A stretch of DNA of 64,000 nucleotides from Squalus acanthias (Eukaryota). Within the stretch, counting starts at the first letter, position 1; each line of letters opens with the position of its first letter. The stretch is from contig CM059432.1 in assembly GCA_030390025.1 (NCBI GenBank), positions 152,584,001 to 152,648,000 on the forward strand. Reading direction: 5' to 3'. The notes under the pieces were generated by a model. The model was not told the DNA's origin, did no database searches, and was given only the letters and a program-made list of their open reading frames with translations. This document shows positions 10,153-23,304 of this stretch, piece by piece. The position numbers were made by a program, and so were the translations under genes.

Positions 10153-12925
10153 CATAAGAACATAAGAAATAGGAGCAGGAGTCGGCCATTCGGCCCCTCG
10201 AGCCTGCTCCGCCATTCAATAAGATCATGGCTGATCTTCTACCTCATCTCCACTTTCCTGAACTATCCCCATATCCCTTGATTCCCTTAATATCCAAAAA
10301 TCTATCAATCTTTGTCTTGAATATACTCAATGTCTGAGCCTCCACAGCCCTCTGGGGTAGAGAATTCCAAAGATTCACCACCTTCTGAGTGAAGAAATTT
10401 CTCCTCATCTCAGTCCTAAATGGCCGACCCCTTATTCTGAGACTGTGACCCCTGGTTCTAGACTCCCCAGCCAGGGGAAATATCCTCCCTGCATCTACCC
10501 TGTCAAGCCCTGTAAGAATTTTGTATTTTTCAATGAGATCACTTCTCATTCTTCTAAACTCTAGAGAATATAGGCCTAGTCTACTCGATCTGTCCTCATA
10601 GGACAATCCCCCCATCCCAGGAACCAGTCTAGTGAACCTTCGTTGCACTCCCTCTATGGCAAGTATATCCTTCCTTAGGTAAGGAGACCAAAACTCATAG
10701 AATCATAGAATCATAGAAGATAGGAGCAGGAGTAGGCCATTCGGCCCCTCTAGCCTGCTCCGCCATTCAATGCGATCATGGCTGATCATCCAAATTCAGT
10801 ACCCTGTCCCTGCTTTCTCCCCATATCCCTTGATCCCTTTAGCCTTAAGAAATATATCCAACTCCTTCTTGAATCTATTTAATGAATTGGCCTCTACTGC
10901 CTTCTGTGGCAGAGAATTCCACAGGTTCACCACTCTCTGGGTGAAGAAATTCCTCCGCATTTCTGTCCTAAATGGCTTACCCCTTATCCTTAGACTGTGA
11001 CCCCTGGTTCTGGACTCCCCGACCATCGGGAACATCCTTCCTGCATCTAGTTTGTCCTGTCCTGTCAGAATTTTATAAGTTTCAATGAGATCCCCTCTCA
11101 TTCTTCTAAACTCCAGCGAGTATAAGCCCAATCAACCCAATCTTTCTTCATACGTCATTCCTGCCATCCCAGATATCAGCCTTGTGAATCTTCGCTGAAC
11201 TCCTTCCATGACAAGAACATCCTTCCTCAGATAAGGTGACCAAAACTGCACACAGTATTCAAGGTGTGGTCTCACCAAGGCCCTGTACAACTGCAGCAAG
11301 ACATCCTTGTTCCTGTACTCAAACCCTCTCGCTATGAAGGCCAACATACCATTTGCCTTCTTAACCGCCTGCTGCACCTGCATGCTTACCTTCAGCGACT
11401 GGTGCACAAGGACACCCAGGTCTCGTTGCACTTCCCCTTCTCCCAATCTATTGCCATTCAGATAATAATCTGCCTTTCTGTTTTTGACACCAAAGTGGAT
11501 AACCTCGCATTTATCCACGTTATATTGCATCTGCCACGCTTCTGCCCAATCACCCAACCTGTCCAAATCATACTGGAGTTTCTCGGCAAAACTGTACACA
11601 ATACTCCAGGTGTGGGCTCACCAGGGCCCTATATAATTGCAGTAAGACGTCTTTACTCTTATACTCAAATCCTCTTGTAATAAAGGCCAACATACCATTT
11701 GCTTTCCTAATTGCTTGCTGTACCTGCATGTTAACTTTCAGTGATTCGTGTACAAGGACACCCAGGTCCCTCTGAACACCAACATTCCCCAATCTCTCAC
11801 CATTTAAAAAATACTCTGCTTTTCTATTTTTCCTACCAAAGTAGATAACCACATTTCTCCATGTTATATTCCATTTGCCACTTTCTTGCCCACTCACTTA
11901 GCCTGTCTATATCCCCTTGAAGCCTCCTTGCATCTTCCTCACAACTTACATTCCCACCCAGCTTTGTATTATCAGCAAACTTGGATATATTACATTTGGT
12001 CCCCTCATCCAAATCATTGATGTAGATTGTTAATAGCTGAGGCCTAAGCACTAATCCTTGCGGTACCCCACTAATTACAGTCTGCCAACCCGAAAATGAC
12101 CCGTTTATTCCTACTCTCTGTTTTCTGTCCATTAATCAATTCTCAATCCATGCTCGTATATTACCCCCAATCCCATGAGCCCTAATTCTGTCTAATAACC
12201 TCTTGTGTGGCACCTTATCGAATGCCTTCTGAAAATCCAAATACACCACATCCACTGGTTCCCCCTGATCTATTCTGCTAGTTACAACCTCAAAAAACTC
12301 CAACAGATTTGTCAAACACGATTTCCCTTTCATAAATCCATGTTGACTCTGCCAATCCTAGATTCTAGCATTTTCCCTGCTGCTGATGTCGGACTAACTG
12401 GTCTGTAGTTCCCCGTTTTCTCTCTCTCTCTCCTTTCTTAAATAGTGGGGTTACATTTGCTACCTTCCAATCTGCAGGAACCGTTCTAGAATTTATGGAA
12501 TTTTGGAAAATGACAACCAATGCATCCACTATCTCAAAAACCAACTGTTTCAAAACCCAAGGATGTAGGCCATCAGGTCCAGGGGATTTATCGGCTTTCA
12601 GTCCCATTAAGTTCTCCAGTACTACATTTTTACTAATACTAATTTCTTTCAGTTCCTCATTCTTGCTAGACCCTTGGTACTCCACTATTTCCGGAAAGTT
12701 TTTTGCATCTTCTTCCGTGAAGACAGACACAAAGTATTTGTTTAATTTCTCTGCCATTTCCTTATTCCCCATTATAATTTCTCCTGTCTTAGCCTGTAAG
12801 GGACCCACATTTACTTTTGCTAATCTTTTCCTTTTTACATACTTGTAGAAGCTTTTACATTCTGATTTTAAGTCTCTCGCTAGTTTACTCTCAATCTATT
12901 TTCCCTTTCTTTATCAATATCTTGG
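10153..12925 (-). mobile_element. CR1 LINE (RT region, degenerate, internal deletion near 12355) hosting a nested CR1
   Basis: ORFs 12365-12808, 12136-12333, 11833-12132, 11568-11897 and 10244-10648. Tail (ATGTTCTT)n. Confidence 0.93.
10696..11586 (-). mobile_element. Nested younger CR1 3' fragment
   Basis: Tail (ATGATTCT)n. 7-bp TSD CAAAACT at 10689-10695 and 11587-11593; the host CR1 is continuous across it. Confidence 0.92.
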
Positions 12926-13804
12926 GTCGTGAGAGTTGGCAATACTGGGATCGGGCCCACCCCACGATTTCTCCCACTCCCCCACTGGACCTACCTGCTC
13001 TCCTTGGCTGCGGCCTTCTGCTGCAGATTTCCCACCCGACAGGCCTCTAGCTTGTCGATCAGGCTGCCCATGGGTGGGAAACTAATGAAATAAATTTAAA
13101 GGAGCAACTAGAGGATATTCGGGAAACCTGTTCTTCGCCTCCGAGCTAAAATCCAGACCAAGGTAACTGCAGGAGCAGGCATGTCATCTATGCTACATAA
13201 AGATAACGCCGGCAACTGGCATTCAGTTAGAGAGTTACACCATTCTACATATTCAGTTGCTGCACATAAACATTGTAGGTGTAAGCGGAAATTAGCTTCA
13301 GTTTCCTGCTTTCCTAAATTGTTGGGTCACCTATTACTTGCTTGCTGTGTTAATTCATATGGAAAATTGTTTTTACTAAAAGGTATTTTACTTGGTTTTT
13401 ATTTCCAAAATAAAGACTCTGAAACAATCTCTCTTCCTCCAAAGCTTATATTTCAAGGAAGTTCAAATTTCTGCGGTTCCAAAACAAGTGTTTGCAACGT
13501 CTGGAAATCCTCAGTTATCCCATTGAACAAAGGAAATACGGAAAAAATTCACTTCAATTTCATTATAACCATTATTGAAACCATTTAAGGCATCATTTTT
13601 TCCATTCCTCATCAACTAGCATTTAACCTGTCATTGTGCAACAGGCTGACCATAGATGGAATCTGGCCCACAAGGTCATTAAACCAGGCCCATGATTCCC
13701 TTGTTTCCTTTGCACGGTTAATAGTAACATTGGGAGTTTGTGCACAAGGAAGACTTGACGGAGCCGTTCAAAGTTGCTGGGCCAAGAGCAGTAGAAAGGG
13801 CTGT

Positions 13805-14030
13805 TTACCGATTGGTTCAAAAATTGCTGCTTCTTCATTGGTCTGAAATGACCAATTGGGATGCAGCCTCTGCTCTCGGGACGTTTAAAATGGCCGAAAC
13901 TATGACACGACAGGAGAAACCCAGGTCCGCCCCAGCAGCACAAGTCAGCAGGAACAGCAACGAGGGGACCAACAGAGCAGTAGAAGAGGACACAAGGGAA
14001 CAGAGCAGAGCAGGCCCGGAAGTGAAAAAT
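13805..14030. promoter_or_regulatory. Possible TATA-less promoter motif cluster
   Basis: CCAAT/ATTGG boxes at 13811, 13837 and 13852-13859, YY1-like AAAATGGCCG at 13887, GC box at 13927, ETS CCGGAAGTG at 14016. Motif evidence only. Confidence 0.35.
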
Positions 14031-14196
14031 AAAGTTAAGTGAGGTACAGCCTTTGGGGGGGGAGGGAGGGAGGGGGTTGACAGCAGATTTTCAGTGTGTG
14101 AGGATTGGAATTATAACATTGGCAGTTTGGGTATAGATTTTTGGACATGAGTGGCCCGCTCCCTGGCTGTGCCATGAGGATCCAGCTTCATGTTCC

Positions 14197-14575
14197 AAAA
14201 GAAAGGAAGACTTGCATTTATACAGCGCCTTTCATGACCACTGGACGTCTCAAAGCGCTTTACAGCCAATGAAGTATTTTTGAAGTGGAGTCACTGTTGT
14301 AATGTGGGAAGCGCAGAAGCCAATTTGCGCACAGCAAGCTCCCACAAACAGCAATGTGATAATGACCAGATAGTCTGTTGTTTTTTATGTTGGTTGAGGG
14401 TTAAATATTGGCCAAAGCACCGGGGATAACTCCCCTGCTCTTCTTCGAAATAGTGCCAGGGGACCTTTTACGTCCACCTGAGAGAGCAGACGGGGCCTCA
14501 GTTTAACGTCTCATCCGAGAGACGGCACCTCCGACAGTGCGGCACTCCCTCAGCACTGCACTGGGAGTGTCAGCC
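14197..14575 (-). mobile_element. Deu-domain SINE lacking tRNA head
   Basis: Reverse complement of 21620-21977. Confidence 0.85.
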
Positions 14576-15767
14576 CCCAGGTTGGTCATTGCTGAGCCCT
14601 GATATAACCAGTTGGACTTTGTGCAGTCTTGGCTGTTGCACCTTTTAATTACAGAAACTATTGCGCATTACATCAGAAGTACTTCACATCTCAGCATTCA
14701 TAATAGTTCTGAAAGGGCTTTCTCTACAAACGACAGCCGCTGGGTCTGAATTTAAAAGAATATTTTGAATGATTTGGTTAATGTCCAGTGTGGAAGCTGT
14801 ATGAAATTCTCGTTTAAAGTGCAATTTCTTTTTAGGTGTAATTCGGTTTACCTCACTGTAATCTAATGCAGCTACATCTGTTGACTAATTTAAAATTAAT
14901 TTCAAGAAATCTTAGAAGTGGTTTCTGTGTTCAATATTGATCAAGTAATTGAAAATATTTAAATCAGTTGTTTGCAGCCAAGAACTTCAGCGGCAAACGC
15001 CTGGCTTTTAATAGCAACGTGTGATTCAGTAATTTAAAATATGAATTCTGTGTAATCTTCTGTCTTGAGCTGCACTGTATTTTGCCTTTAACACGTTTGG
15101 GTATAGACAGAACAAAATTTTGTGTGAAGCAACTCTTCAGCTGAAATGGCTAACATCAGACGTGTAAATTGCACCTTGCTGCGTAATATTGAGCCATTAC
15201 AAGCGCAGGGCGTAGGACCGATACACCAGCGCAGCCCGGCGCCAGTGCGGCCCGCCCACCCGATGCCCACATGTTGCCAGTGCGCCTTGCCCACCAATGC
15301 ACCCTGGCTGCCCGGCGCACCCCCCCCACCCCCGCCGCCAGTGAATCCTGTCTATTTGGCTGTACTGTTTTTCTTGTATAGTTTGAACTGCTTTTTAACA
15401 AAGCAATGAGCATTTGAACTTGTGTGGTTGCCTTTTTTTGCTTAAAATGTTCTTCGGAAATGCACAATGAATAGTTATTAGAGTTTATAGAGAGAACTGT
15501 TTCCTTTCACTCATCTCGCTATGCCCCATACTCTCCAATTTCCTTGACTATTTCTAGAAAGGAAGAATTTACATTTATCGAGTGTCTGACATGACCCCAT
15601 GCGTTTTCAACATTTTCTGTTTTTATTTCCAGTAAATATTTGAGTTCTGTTAAAATGGGATTTCAAAAAACCTGTTTCAGATTATGAAAGTAAAGTTTTA
15701 CATTTTGGAATTGCACCATCTGCCCGTGCCTGTGAACTCTGTATTGTATTAATTCAAAAATACTTTA

Positions 15768-16192
15768 GGAAAGGATTTTCATTTATATAGGGCCTTTCAC
15801 AACCTCAGGATGTCCCAAAGCACTTTACAGCCAATTAAGTACTTCTTGAAGAGTTGTCACTGTTATAATGTCAGAAACGCAGCAGCCAATTTGCACACAA
15901 AGTCCCACAAACAGCACTGAGGTAAATACCAGATCATCTGTTTTAGTGATGTTGGTTGAGGGATAAATATCGGGAGAACTCCCCTGCTCTTCTCCAAATA
16001 GCGCCATGGGATCTTTTACATCCACCCGAGAGGGCAGACAGGGCCTCGGTTTAACATCTCATCTGAAAGACGGCACCTCCGAAGGTGCAGCGCTCCCTCA
16101 GCATCATGTGCACAAGTCTCTGGAGTGCGGCTTGAACCCACAGCCTCCTGACTCAGAGGCAAGAGTGCTACCACTGAGCCAAGGCTGACACC
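15768..16192 (-). mobile_element. Deu-domain SINE with small internal deletions
   Basis: Reverse complement of 21523-21977, including the A/B-box head. Confidence 0.85.
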
Positions 16193-16265
16193 TTTAGTTG
16201 GAATTCCACAAGTACTCCCATCTACTGGGCATCTTTGTTGAAGATGAAGCCATCCGTATGTTGAT

Positions 16266-17315
16266 TCATAGAATCGTAGGATAATAGAAATTTACAGCAC
16301 AGAAGGAGGCCATTCGGCCTGTCGTGCCTGTGCCGGCTCTTTGAAAGAGCAGTCGTGCTTAGTCCCAAACCCCTGTCTTTTGTCCGTAACCCTGTAAGTT
16401 CCTCATCCTCAACTACCTGTCCAACTCCCTTTTAAAATGATTTATGGAATCTGCTTCCACCATATTTTCAGGTAGAGTTTTCCAGATCCCAACAATTCTC
16501 TGAGTGAAAAAGAAATCTCATCTTCCATCTAGATATTTTGCCGATTATTTTAAATCTACAACCTCTGGTTATTGACCCACTTGCCAGAGGGAATATTATT
16601 TCCCTATCTACTCTATCAAAACCTCTCATCATCTTGAGAACCTCTATTAGGTTACCTCTTAACCTTCTCTGTTCCAAGGAGAACAGTCCTAACCTTTTCC
16701 AACCTCTCCTCATAACTGAAGTCCCTCATCCCTGTCAACATCCTGGTAAACCTCCTCTGTACCCTTTCAAATGCCTTTACATCTTTCCTGAAGTGTGGTC
16801 CCCAGAACTGTCCACAATACTCCAGTTGAGGCCGAACCAGTGATTTATAAAGTTCTAGTATGATCTCTTGCTTTTATATTCTATTCCTCCATTTATAAGC
16901 CCAAGTAACCATTTGCTTTTTTAAACCACCTTATCAACTTGCCCTGCCACCTTTAAGGATTTGTGGATATGGACACCAAGGTCTCTCTGCTCATCTACAC
17001 TTTTCAAAGTCATGCCATTTATAGTATACTATCTTTCCATATTAGTCCTCCCAAAGTGCATCACTTCATACTTCTCTGCATTGAACTCAATCTGCCCTGC
17101 TTCTGCCCATTTCTCCATCCTGACTATGTCATCGTGAAACCTACAACAATCCTCATCACTATCTACTTCTTTGCCAATTTTCATATCATCTACAAACTTT
17201 ATAATGCTGCTCCCTACACCTGAGTATAGGTCGTTTATAAAAATTGAAACGATTAATGGACCCAAAACTAATCCTTGGGGAACACCACTAGAAACCACCA
17301 CCCAGTCTGAAAAAT
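16266..17315 (-). mobile_element. Degenerate CR1 3' fragment
   Basis: ORFs 17029-17301 (GVPQG, FVDD) and 16468-16713 (LEQRRLRG), plus a CR1 3' UTR. Confidence 0.9.
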
Positions 17316-18135
17316 ACCAATTCCAAACATAGGCTTATTGGCTCAAAAAGCATTATTTTGATGAACTTTCACCCACCATCCTATGCTGAATTTATTTTCC
17401 TGGATTTTTGATACTTTACAGCAAATGGGATATGCCAAGAGTGGCAGCTTGTGTTGGCATTCTGACACACTGCACCGTGGAATGGTAGGACCATAGGCTT
17501 CTGCTTGTGATTTACCCAATCGCTAAGCTCTCAAGTTTATCCTTGCACCTGGGGGAGATGCTAATGGCAGCTGGATGTTTCCACAGGAGGTAAGGTCACT
17601 AGAACAATTGCCTCAGGCCACTCTTTGACACTTACACATGGAATTTGTGCAAGAGTTTTCCCAATCTACTGCCAGAACTTTGACGGATGATCTGCGCAGA
17701 AGCCCTGGAGAAACTGCAAAAGTAGCTGATCTTCCGGCGGGTGATTGGAAGAACCCAATGAAAATTCTCTCCCTTCAAATGGTTGGCTGAAGCATAGCAT
17801 TGGTGAAGATCTAGAATCTTCTCGAGCACAAGGTGGTGGCACCATAGAGAATTGAGGGGAGATGGCAAAAACAGGGAAAAAATACAATTGCAGTTAATGA
17901 TATGCTGTATACCATAGTTGGGCCATAATCCTACTTTCACTACATTTAAGTGACTCCCTCAAATTATCCTTTTATTTAAAAAACAAAGGTGACTTAGCAC
18001 CAAGCATCATCCTGTAGGTGGGAAGGTGAGACACTTTAACCGCAGAAATGTTGCATTTTGACTGTCAATACAAATCCAATTTGAAATGGAGTCAGCTTAT
18101 CTGTGCCAGTTTTCCCTTCTTCCAGTTGCTCCCAA

Positions 18136-19801
18136 CTTGTTCCTGTGGGGACACTGTATCCAGTGACCTTGTTCCTGTGGGGACACTCTATCCAGTGTCC
18201 TTGTGCCTGTGTGGACACTGTATCCAGTGACCTTGTGCCTGTGGGGACACTGTATCCAGTGACCTTGTGCCTGTGGGGACACTGTATCCAGTGACCTTGT
18301 GCCTGTGGGGACACTCTATCCAGTGTCCTTGTGCCTGTGGGGACACTGTATCCAGTGACCTTGTGCCTGTGGGGACACTCTATCCAGTGACCTTGTTCCT
18401 GTGGGGACAGTCTATCCAGTGACCTTGTGCCTGTGGGGACACTGTATCCAGTGACCTTGTGCCTGTGGGGACACTCTATCCAGTGACCTTGTTCCTGTGG
18501 GGACACTCTATCCAGTGACCTTGTTCCTGTGGGGACACTCTATCCAGTGACCTTGTGCCTGTGGGGACACTCTATCCAGTGACCTTGTTCCTGTGGGGAC
18601 AGTCTATCCAGTGACCTTGTTCCTGTGGGGACACTCTATCCAGTGACCTTGTGCCTGTGGGGACACTCTATCCAGTGACCTTGTGCCTGTGGGGACACTC
18701 TATCCAGTGACCTTGTGCCTGTGGGGACACTCTATCCAGTGACCTTGTTCCTGTGGGGACACTCTATCCAGTGACCTTGTTCCTGTGGGGACACTCTATC
18801 CAGTGACCTTGTGCCTGTGGGGACACTCTATCCAGTGACCTTGTGCCTGTGGGGACACTCTATCCAGTGACCTTGTGCCTGTGGGGACACTCTATCCGGT
18901 GACCTTGTTCCTGTGGGGACACTCTATCCAGTGACCTTGTTCCTGTGGGGACACTCTATCCAGTGACCTTGTGCCTGTGGGGACACTCTATCCAGTGACC
19001 TTGTGCCTGTGGGGACACTCTATCCAGTGACCTTGTTCCTGTGGGGACACTCTATCCAGTGACCTTGTTCCTGTGGGGACACTCTATCCAGTGACCTTGT
19101 GCCTGTGGGGACACTCTATCCGGTGACCTTGTTCCTGTGGGGACACTCTATCCAGTGACCTTGTTCCTGTGGGGACACTCTATCCGGTGACCTTGTTCCT
19201 GTGGGGACACTCTATCCAGTGACCTTGTTCCTGTGGGGACACTCTATCCAGTGACCTTGTGCCTGTGGGGACACTCTATCCAGTGTCCTTGTGCCTGTGG
19301 GGACACTCTATCCGGTGACCTTGTTCCTGTGGGGACACTCTATCCGGTGACCTTGTTCCTGTGGGGACACTGTATCCAGTGACCTTGTTCCTGTGGGGAC
19401 ACTCTATCCAGTGACCTTGTTCCTGTGGGGACACTCTATCCAGTGACCTTGTGCCTGTGGGGACACTCTATCCAGTGACCTTGTTCCTGTGGGGACACTC
19501 TATCCAGTGACCTTGTTCCTGTGGGGACACTCTATCCAGTGACCTTGTGCCTGTGGGGACACTCTATCCAGTGTCCTTGTGCCTGTGGGGACACTCTATC
19601 CGGTGACCTTGTTCCTGTGGGGACACTCTATCCGGTGACCTTGTTCCTGTGGGGACACTGTATCCAGTGACCTTGTTCCTGTGGGGACACTCTATCCAGT
19701 GACCTTGTTCCTGTGGGGACACTCTATCCAGTGACCTTGTTCCTGTGGGGGCACTGTATCCAGTGACCTTGTTCCTGTGGGGACACTCTATCCAGTGACC
19801 T
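18136..19801. repeat. Minisatellite, 32-bp unit CCAGTGACCTTGT(T/G)CCTGTGGGGACACT(C/G)TAT, about 52 copies
   Basis: Direct reading: period 32, head-to-tail, no spacers. Confidence 0.97.
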
Positions 19802-20065
19802 GGTGGAAAACAGACAAAAAAAACATTGTGGCAAGTGAGTTAAGTTTACAAGTTAAGTAGCCAGGCAACTAGCTTCTGGTTGGGAATCAAATGCTTAGCT
19901 AATTGAGTTACCCAACCATACTAATCAAATTGTTAACCCTTTTAAATGGATGTGTTGGAATCTATACATGGGTGTGCCTGTGGCAATCAACCACAAAATG
20001 TTACCTGAGAGCAAACAGGTGTAAACTTCACTGAGCATTGCTTCTATTCATTATTGATGCTGTTG

Positions 20066-20705
20066 GAATCATAGAATCATACAGCACAGAAGGAGGCCAT
20101 TCGGCCCATTGTGCCTGTGCCGGCTCTTTGAAAGAGCTCTCCAATTCGTCCCACTCCTCCCTGCTCTTTCCCCCATAGCACTGCCAATTTTTCCTTTTCA
20201 AGTATTTATCCAATTCCCTTTTGAAAATTGAATCTGCTTCCGCCGCCCTTTCCAGCCGTGCGTTCCAGATCACAACAACTCGCTGAGTAATGTTTTTCCT
20301 CCTGTCGGCTCTGGTTCTTTTGCCAATCACCTTAAATCCGTGTCCTCTGGTTACTGACCCTTCTGCCACTGGAAACAGTTTCTCCTTATTTACTCTATCA
20401 GAACCCTTTATGATTTTGAACACCTCTATCAAATCTCCACTTAAGCTTCTCTGCTCGAAGGAGAACAAACCCAGCTTCTCTAGTCTCTCCATGTAACTGA
20501 AGTCTTTCATCCCTGGTACCATTCTAATAAATCAGCTCTGCACCCTCTCCAAGGCCTTGACATCCTTCCGAAAGTGTGGTGCCCAGAATTGGCCACAATA
20601 CTCCAGCTGGGGTCTAACTAGTGTTTTATAAAGGTTTAGCATAACTTCCTTGCTTTTGTACTCTCTGCCTCTATTTATAAAGCCCAGGATCCTGTTTGCC
20701 TTTAT
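20066..20705 (-). mobile_element. CR1 3' fragment
   Basis: ORF 20028-20522 (ERLEKLGLFS, TRGH). Tail (ATGATTCT). Confidence 0.9.
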
Positions 20706-21522
20706 AACAGAAGAGAATTACTTTCTTTTTTATTTTACCAGCAGCAGCATCAGAATCACTTAGGCAGTAAATGTTTACCAGTATTTTAAGAGAATAATTG
20801 AAGAAAAAAAGTAAAGGAGAGAAAAAACATTGAATACGTTTTAGATTATTTAAAATTCCTCATGTCTCTTCTACATAAATCCTAGGTTTAACCCTGTGAA
20901 ACTGTGTATCTGCTTCTTTAAGAATTTGTATTGGAAATCCATTGGGTACTTCTGGAGTGCTGTGTTTGAGTCTGTATTGAGTTTGACTCCCTCTCACATC
21001 ACCTGTACCATCACAGCCCAATCAAATTCTTCTATCGCCTGTCGAAGTTAGTTCAGCAGCACTGAGCCGACATAGTTGCTGTGAGCTTTCAGACACTTCC
21101 ATTACTTTATTATTCTGAAGGTACAGTAAACATTAGTATAACTCTCTGCATCATATTACATCAGAGAATCTTGGCAATTAATCTTTAATCCCAGGGAAAC
21201 AATCAATGTGTATGTTTGAAATTTTGCATTTCCCAAATTGGATGGGCACAATTAGAGTCTCAGCTGCCTAGGGCTGTAACCCATAGCAAAACTGTGCATC
21301 CACTGCTGTGCCTTTCAAAACGGAAATAGAAAGGAATGAGCAAAATGCCTCATTGAGATTACACAGCATTTAGTATTCATGCCAAACCCAGCATGTTGAT
21401 TCCCCTAGTGATTCCACTTGGTACCTTCCCAAGAAGAGGAAGAGGTGGCGGTCAGATCCTCCTACTTGATAGAAAAAGCTACAGCTTGTTTAAAGCGGAA
21501 TAGCTCTGGCTCCGTCCTCCAG

Positions 21523-21977
21523 TGTCAGCTGTGGCTCAGTGGGTAGCACACTCGCCTCTGAGGTCAGAGGGTTGTGGGTTCAAGTCCCACTCCAGGGACA
21601 TCGAGCACATAAATCTAGGCTGACACTCCAGTGCAGTGCTGAGGGAGTGCTGCACTGTCGGAGGTGCCGTCTTTCAGATGAGACATTAAACCGAGGCCCC
21701 GTCTGCTCTCTCAGGTGGACATAAAAGATCCCATGGCACTATTTCGATGAAGAGCAGGGGAGTTATCCCCGGTGTCCTGGCCAATATTTCTCCCTCAATC
21801 AACATAACAAAAACAGATTATCTGGTCATTATCACATTGCTGTTTGTGGGAGCTTGCTGTGCACAAATTGGCTGCCATATTTCCCACATTACAACAGTGA
21901 CTACACTTCATTGGCTGTAAAGCGCTTTGAGATGTCTGGTGGTCATGAAAGGCGCTATATAAATGCAAGTTTTTCTT
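21523..21977 (+). mobile_element. Full-length tRNA-derived Deu-domain SINE (SacSINE1-like)
   Basis: Pol III A box TGGCTCAGTGG and B box GGTTCAAGTCC, conserved central domain, tail ...aggcgctatataaatgcaagt. At least 6 related copies in the window. Family name from recall. Confidence 0.85.
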
Positions 21978-22453
21978 ATGGGATCCTAAGGCAGCTTGAA
22001 GTCAGAAAGGAAATAGGAAGGCAGATTTATAAAAGGCAACTCAACATTTATGTCTTTGTTAGGATTGGTTACTATTGGAAAGCCAAGTCTATGGGCAACA
22101 AAACTAATACTTGGGAGGAGCTGAGCAAAAGATTACACTAATAAGTCTGTCATACCACAGTTTGTTTATTGATGCAATGTAGTTCTTGAGCTGCATGCTC
22201 GAATGCGAGTTTGAGATCGCTGCTTTGATTGCAGTCTTAATTTTGGCAAGTGGACCAGCCTGGTGAGGTAGTTTGGCAGAGCTTGGGCCTCTGGTGGCAG
22301 TGTAATTGTGAAAAAATCCTCAACTTTTAGTTGCCATTATTAATGTAGGTAATTTAAAATTGCATACTTCAGCCTTTGTTTTGCCCTGATTTGAGAATGT
22401 ATGGAGCTGGTATTATAATTTGCTGTCAGTTCACACTCATTTCAAGTTTGAAC

Positions 22454-23304
22454 TGGTGTGAAATTGGGGGCGGGACTGCTGCCTTCCGGGTTCTAGTCCC
22501 GCCCCCAGCGACGTCTGATGAACAGACGCTATTTTGCCCTTATTGGCCTTGTTAAGCCCGCCCGGCGGGCTTGCCGGCCAATTGAGGGAAAGCCGGTGTC
22601 AGATGATGTCAGTTGATGACGCTTCATCTGCTGGTTTTCTTAAAGGCATATGCACCACACTTGTTTGACAGATGAATTGTCAGTGTTTGACAGCATTGAG
22701 GTGCTGTCAAACACTGACAATCACTGTACACAAGTGAGCCCTTGCCCCCAGGATCTCCAATTACTCTCTCCTTAGGATAAAACAGATGGCAGCTGCAGCT
22801 GAGATTGCAGAAGCCATCTGTCACTTCTCCCGATGAGATGAGCCTAAACAAACACTTCACAGCTTATCACCTGCAGAAACATCGAAACACAATAAAAATT
22901 ACTTTCACAACTTGTCCTTACCTCTGATACTAACCAGTGTCCCATTGCATCCTTCACACCACTTCTGCAGCTGTCATCCAAACACCAACATAACAACAGA
23001 CCCACAGCACGCCTCACTTACCCTGGCGGGGTTCCCCGACATCGGGAAGCCCACAGCAGCAGTGGAAAAATTGGGAAAAGCCTCTTAACTGCCTGTTAAC
23101 TACCTGTTAACAAGCAGTTAAGTGGCTATAATCCTCTTCCCGCCGCTAGGAGTCAGGTCCCTGCGCAAATCGGGGACCCGACTCCCGGGAAGATTGTATG
23201 GAGGCGGGTTGGGAGCGGGTTCGGGACCCACTCCCATTCTTTTTGACTTTCCCAGCAGTCCCGCCTCCAAACCCGCCTCCTCAGGGCTGGTAAAATCCAG
23301 CCCA
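22454..23304. mobile_element. CpG-rich TIR-element remnant(s), Harbinger-like
   Basis: Ends tggtgtgaaattg... and ...taaaatccagccca, with GC/CpG-rich subtermini. May be two elements. Confidence 0.45.

Noticed and set aside
13625..13790. Ferritin exon 1 (VTINR...PSM/GTCAG) and a functional IRE
   Set aside because: INR-to-SM spacing is 19 versus 13 residues, and the CAGTG loop and stem are absent. Too weak to call.
18136..19801. 32-bp repeat as a CRISPR array, or ORF 18036-18506 as a repeat protein
   Set aside because: Units are contiguous with no unique spacers, there are no cas genes, and the context is eukaryotic. The ORF is a by-product of a non-triplet repeat.
21523..21600. tRNA gene (also at about 5150-5227, 16120-16190 and 25370-25445)
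   Set aside because: The A/B boxes belong to SINE heads that continue into the SINE body; there is no proper acceptor stem or terminator.
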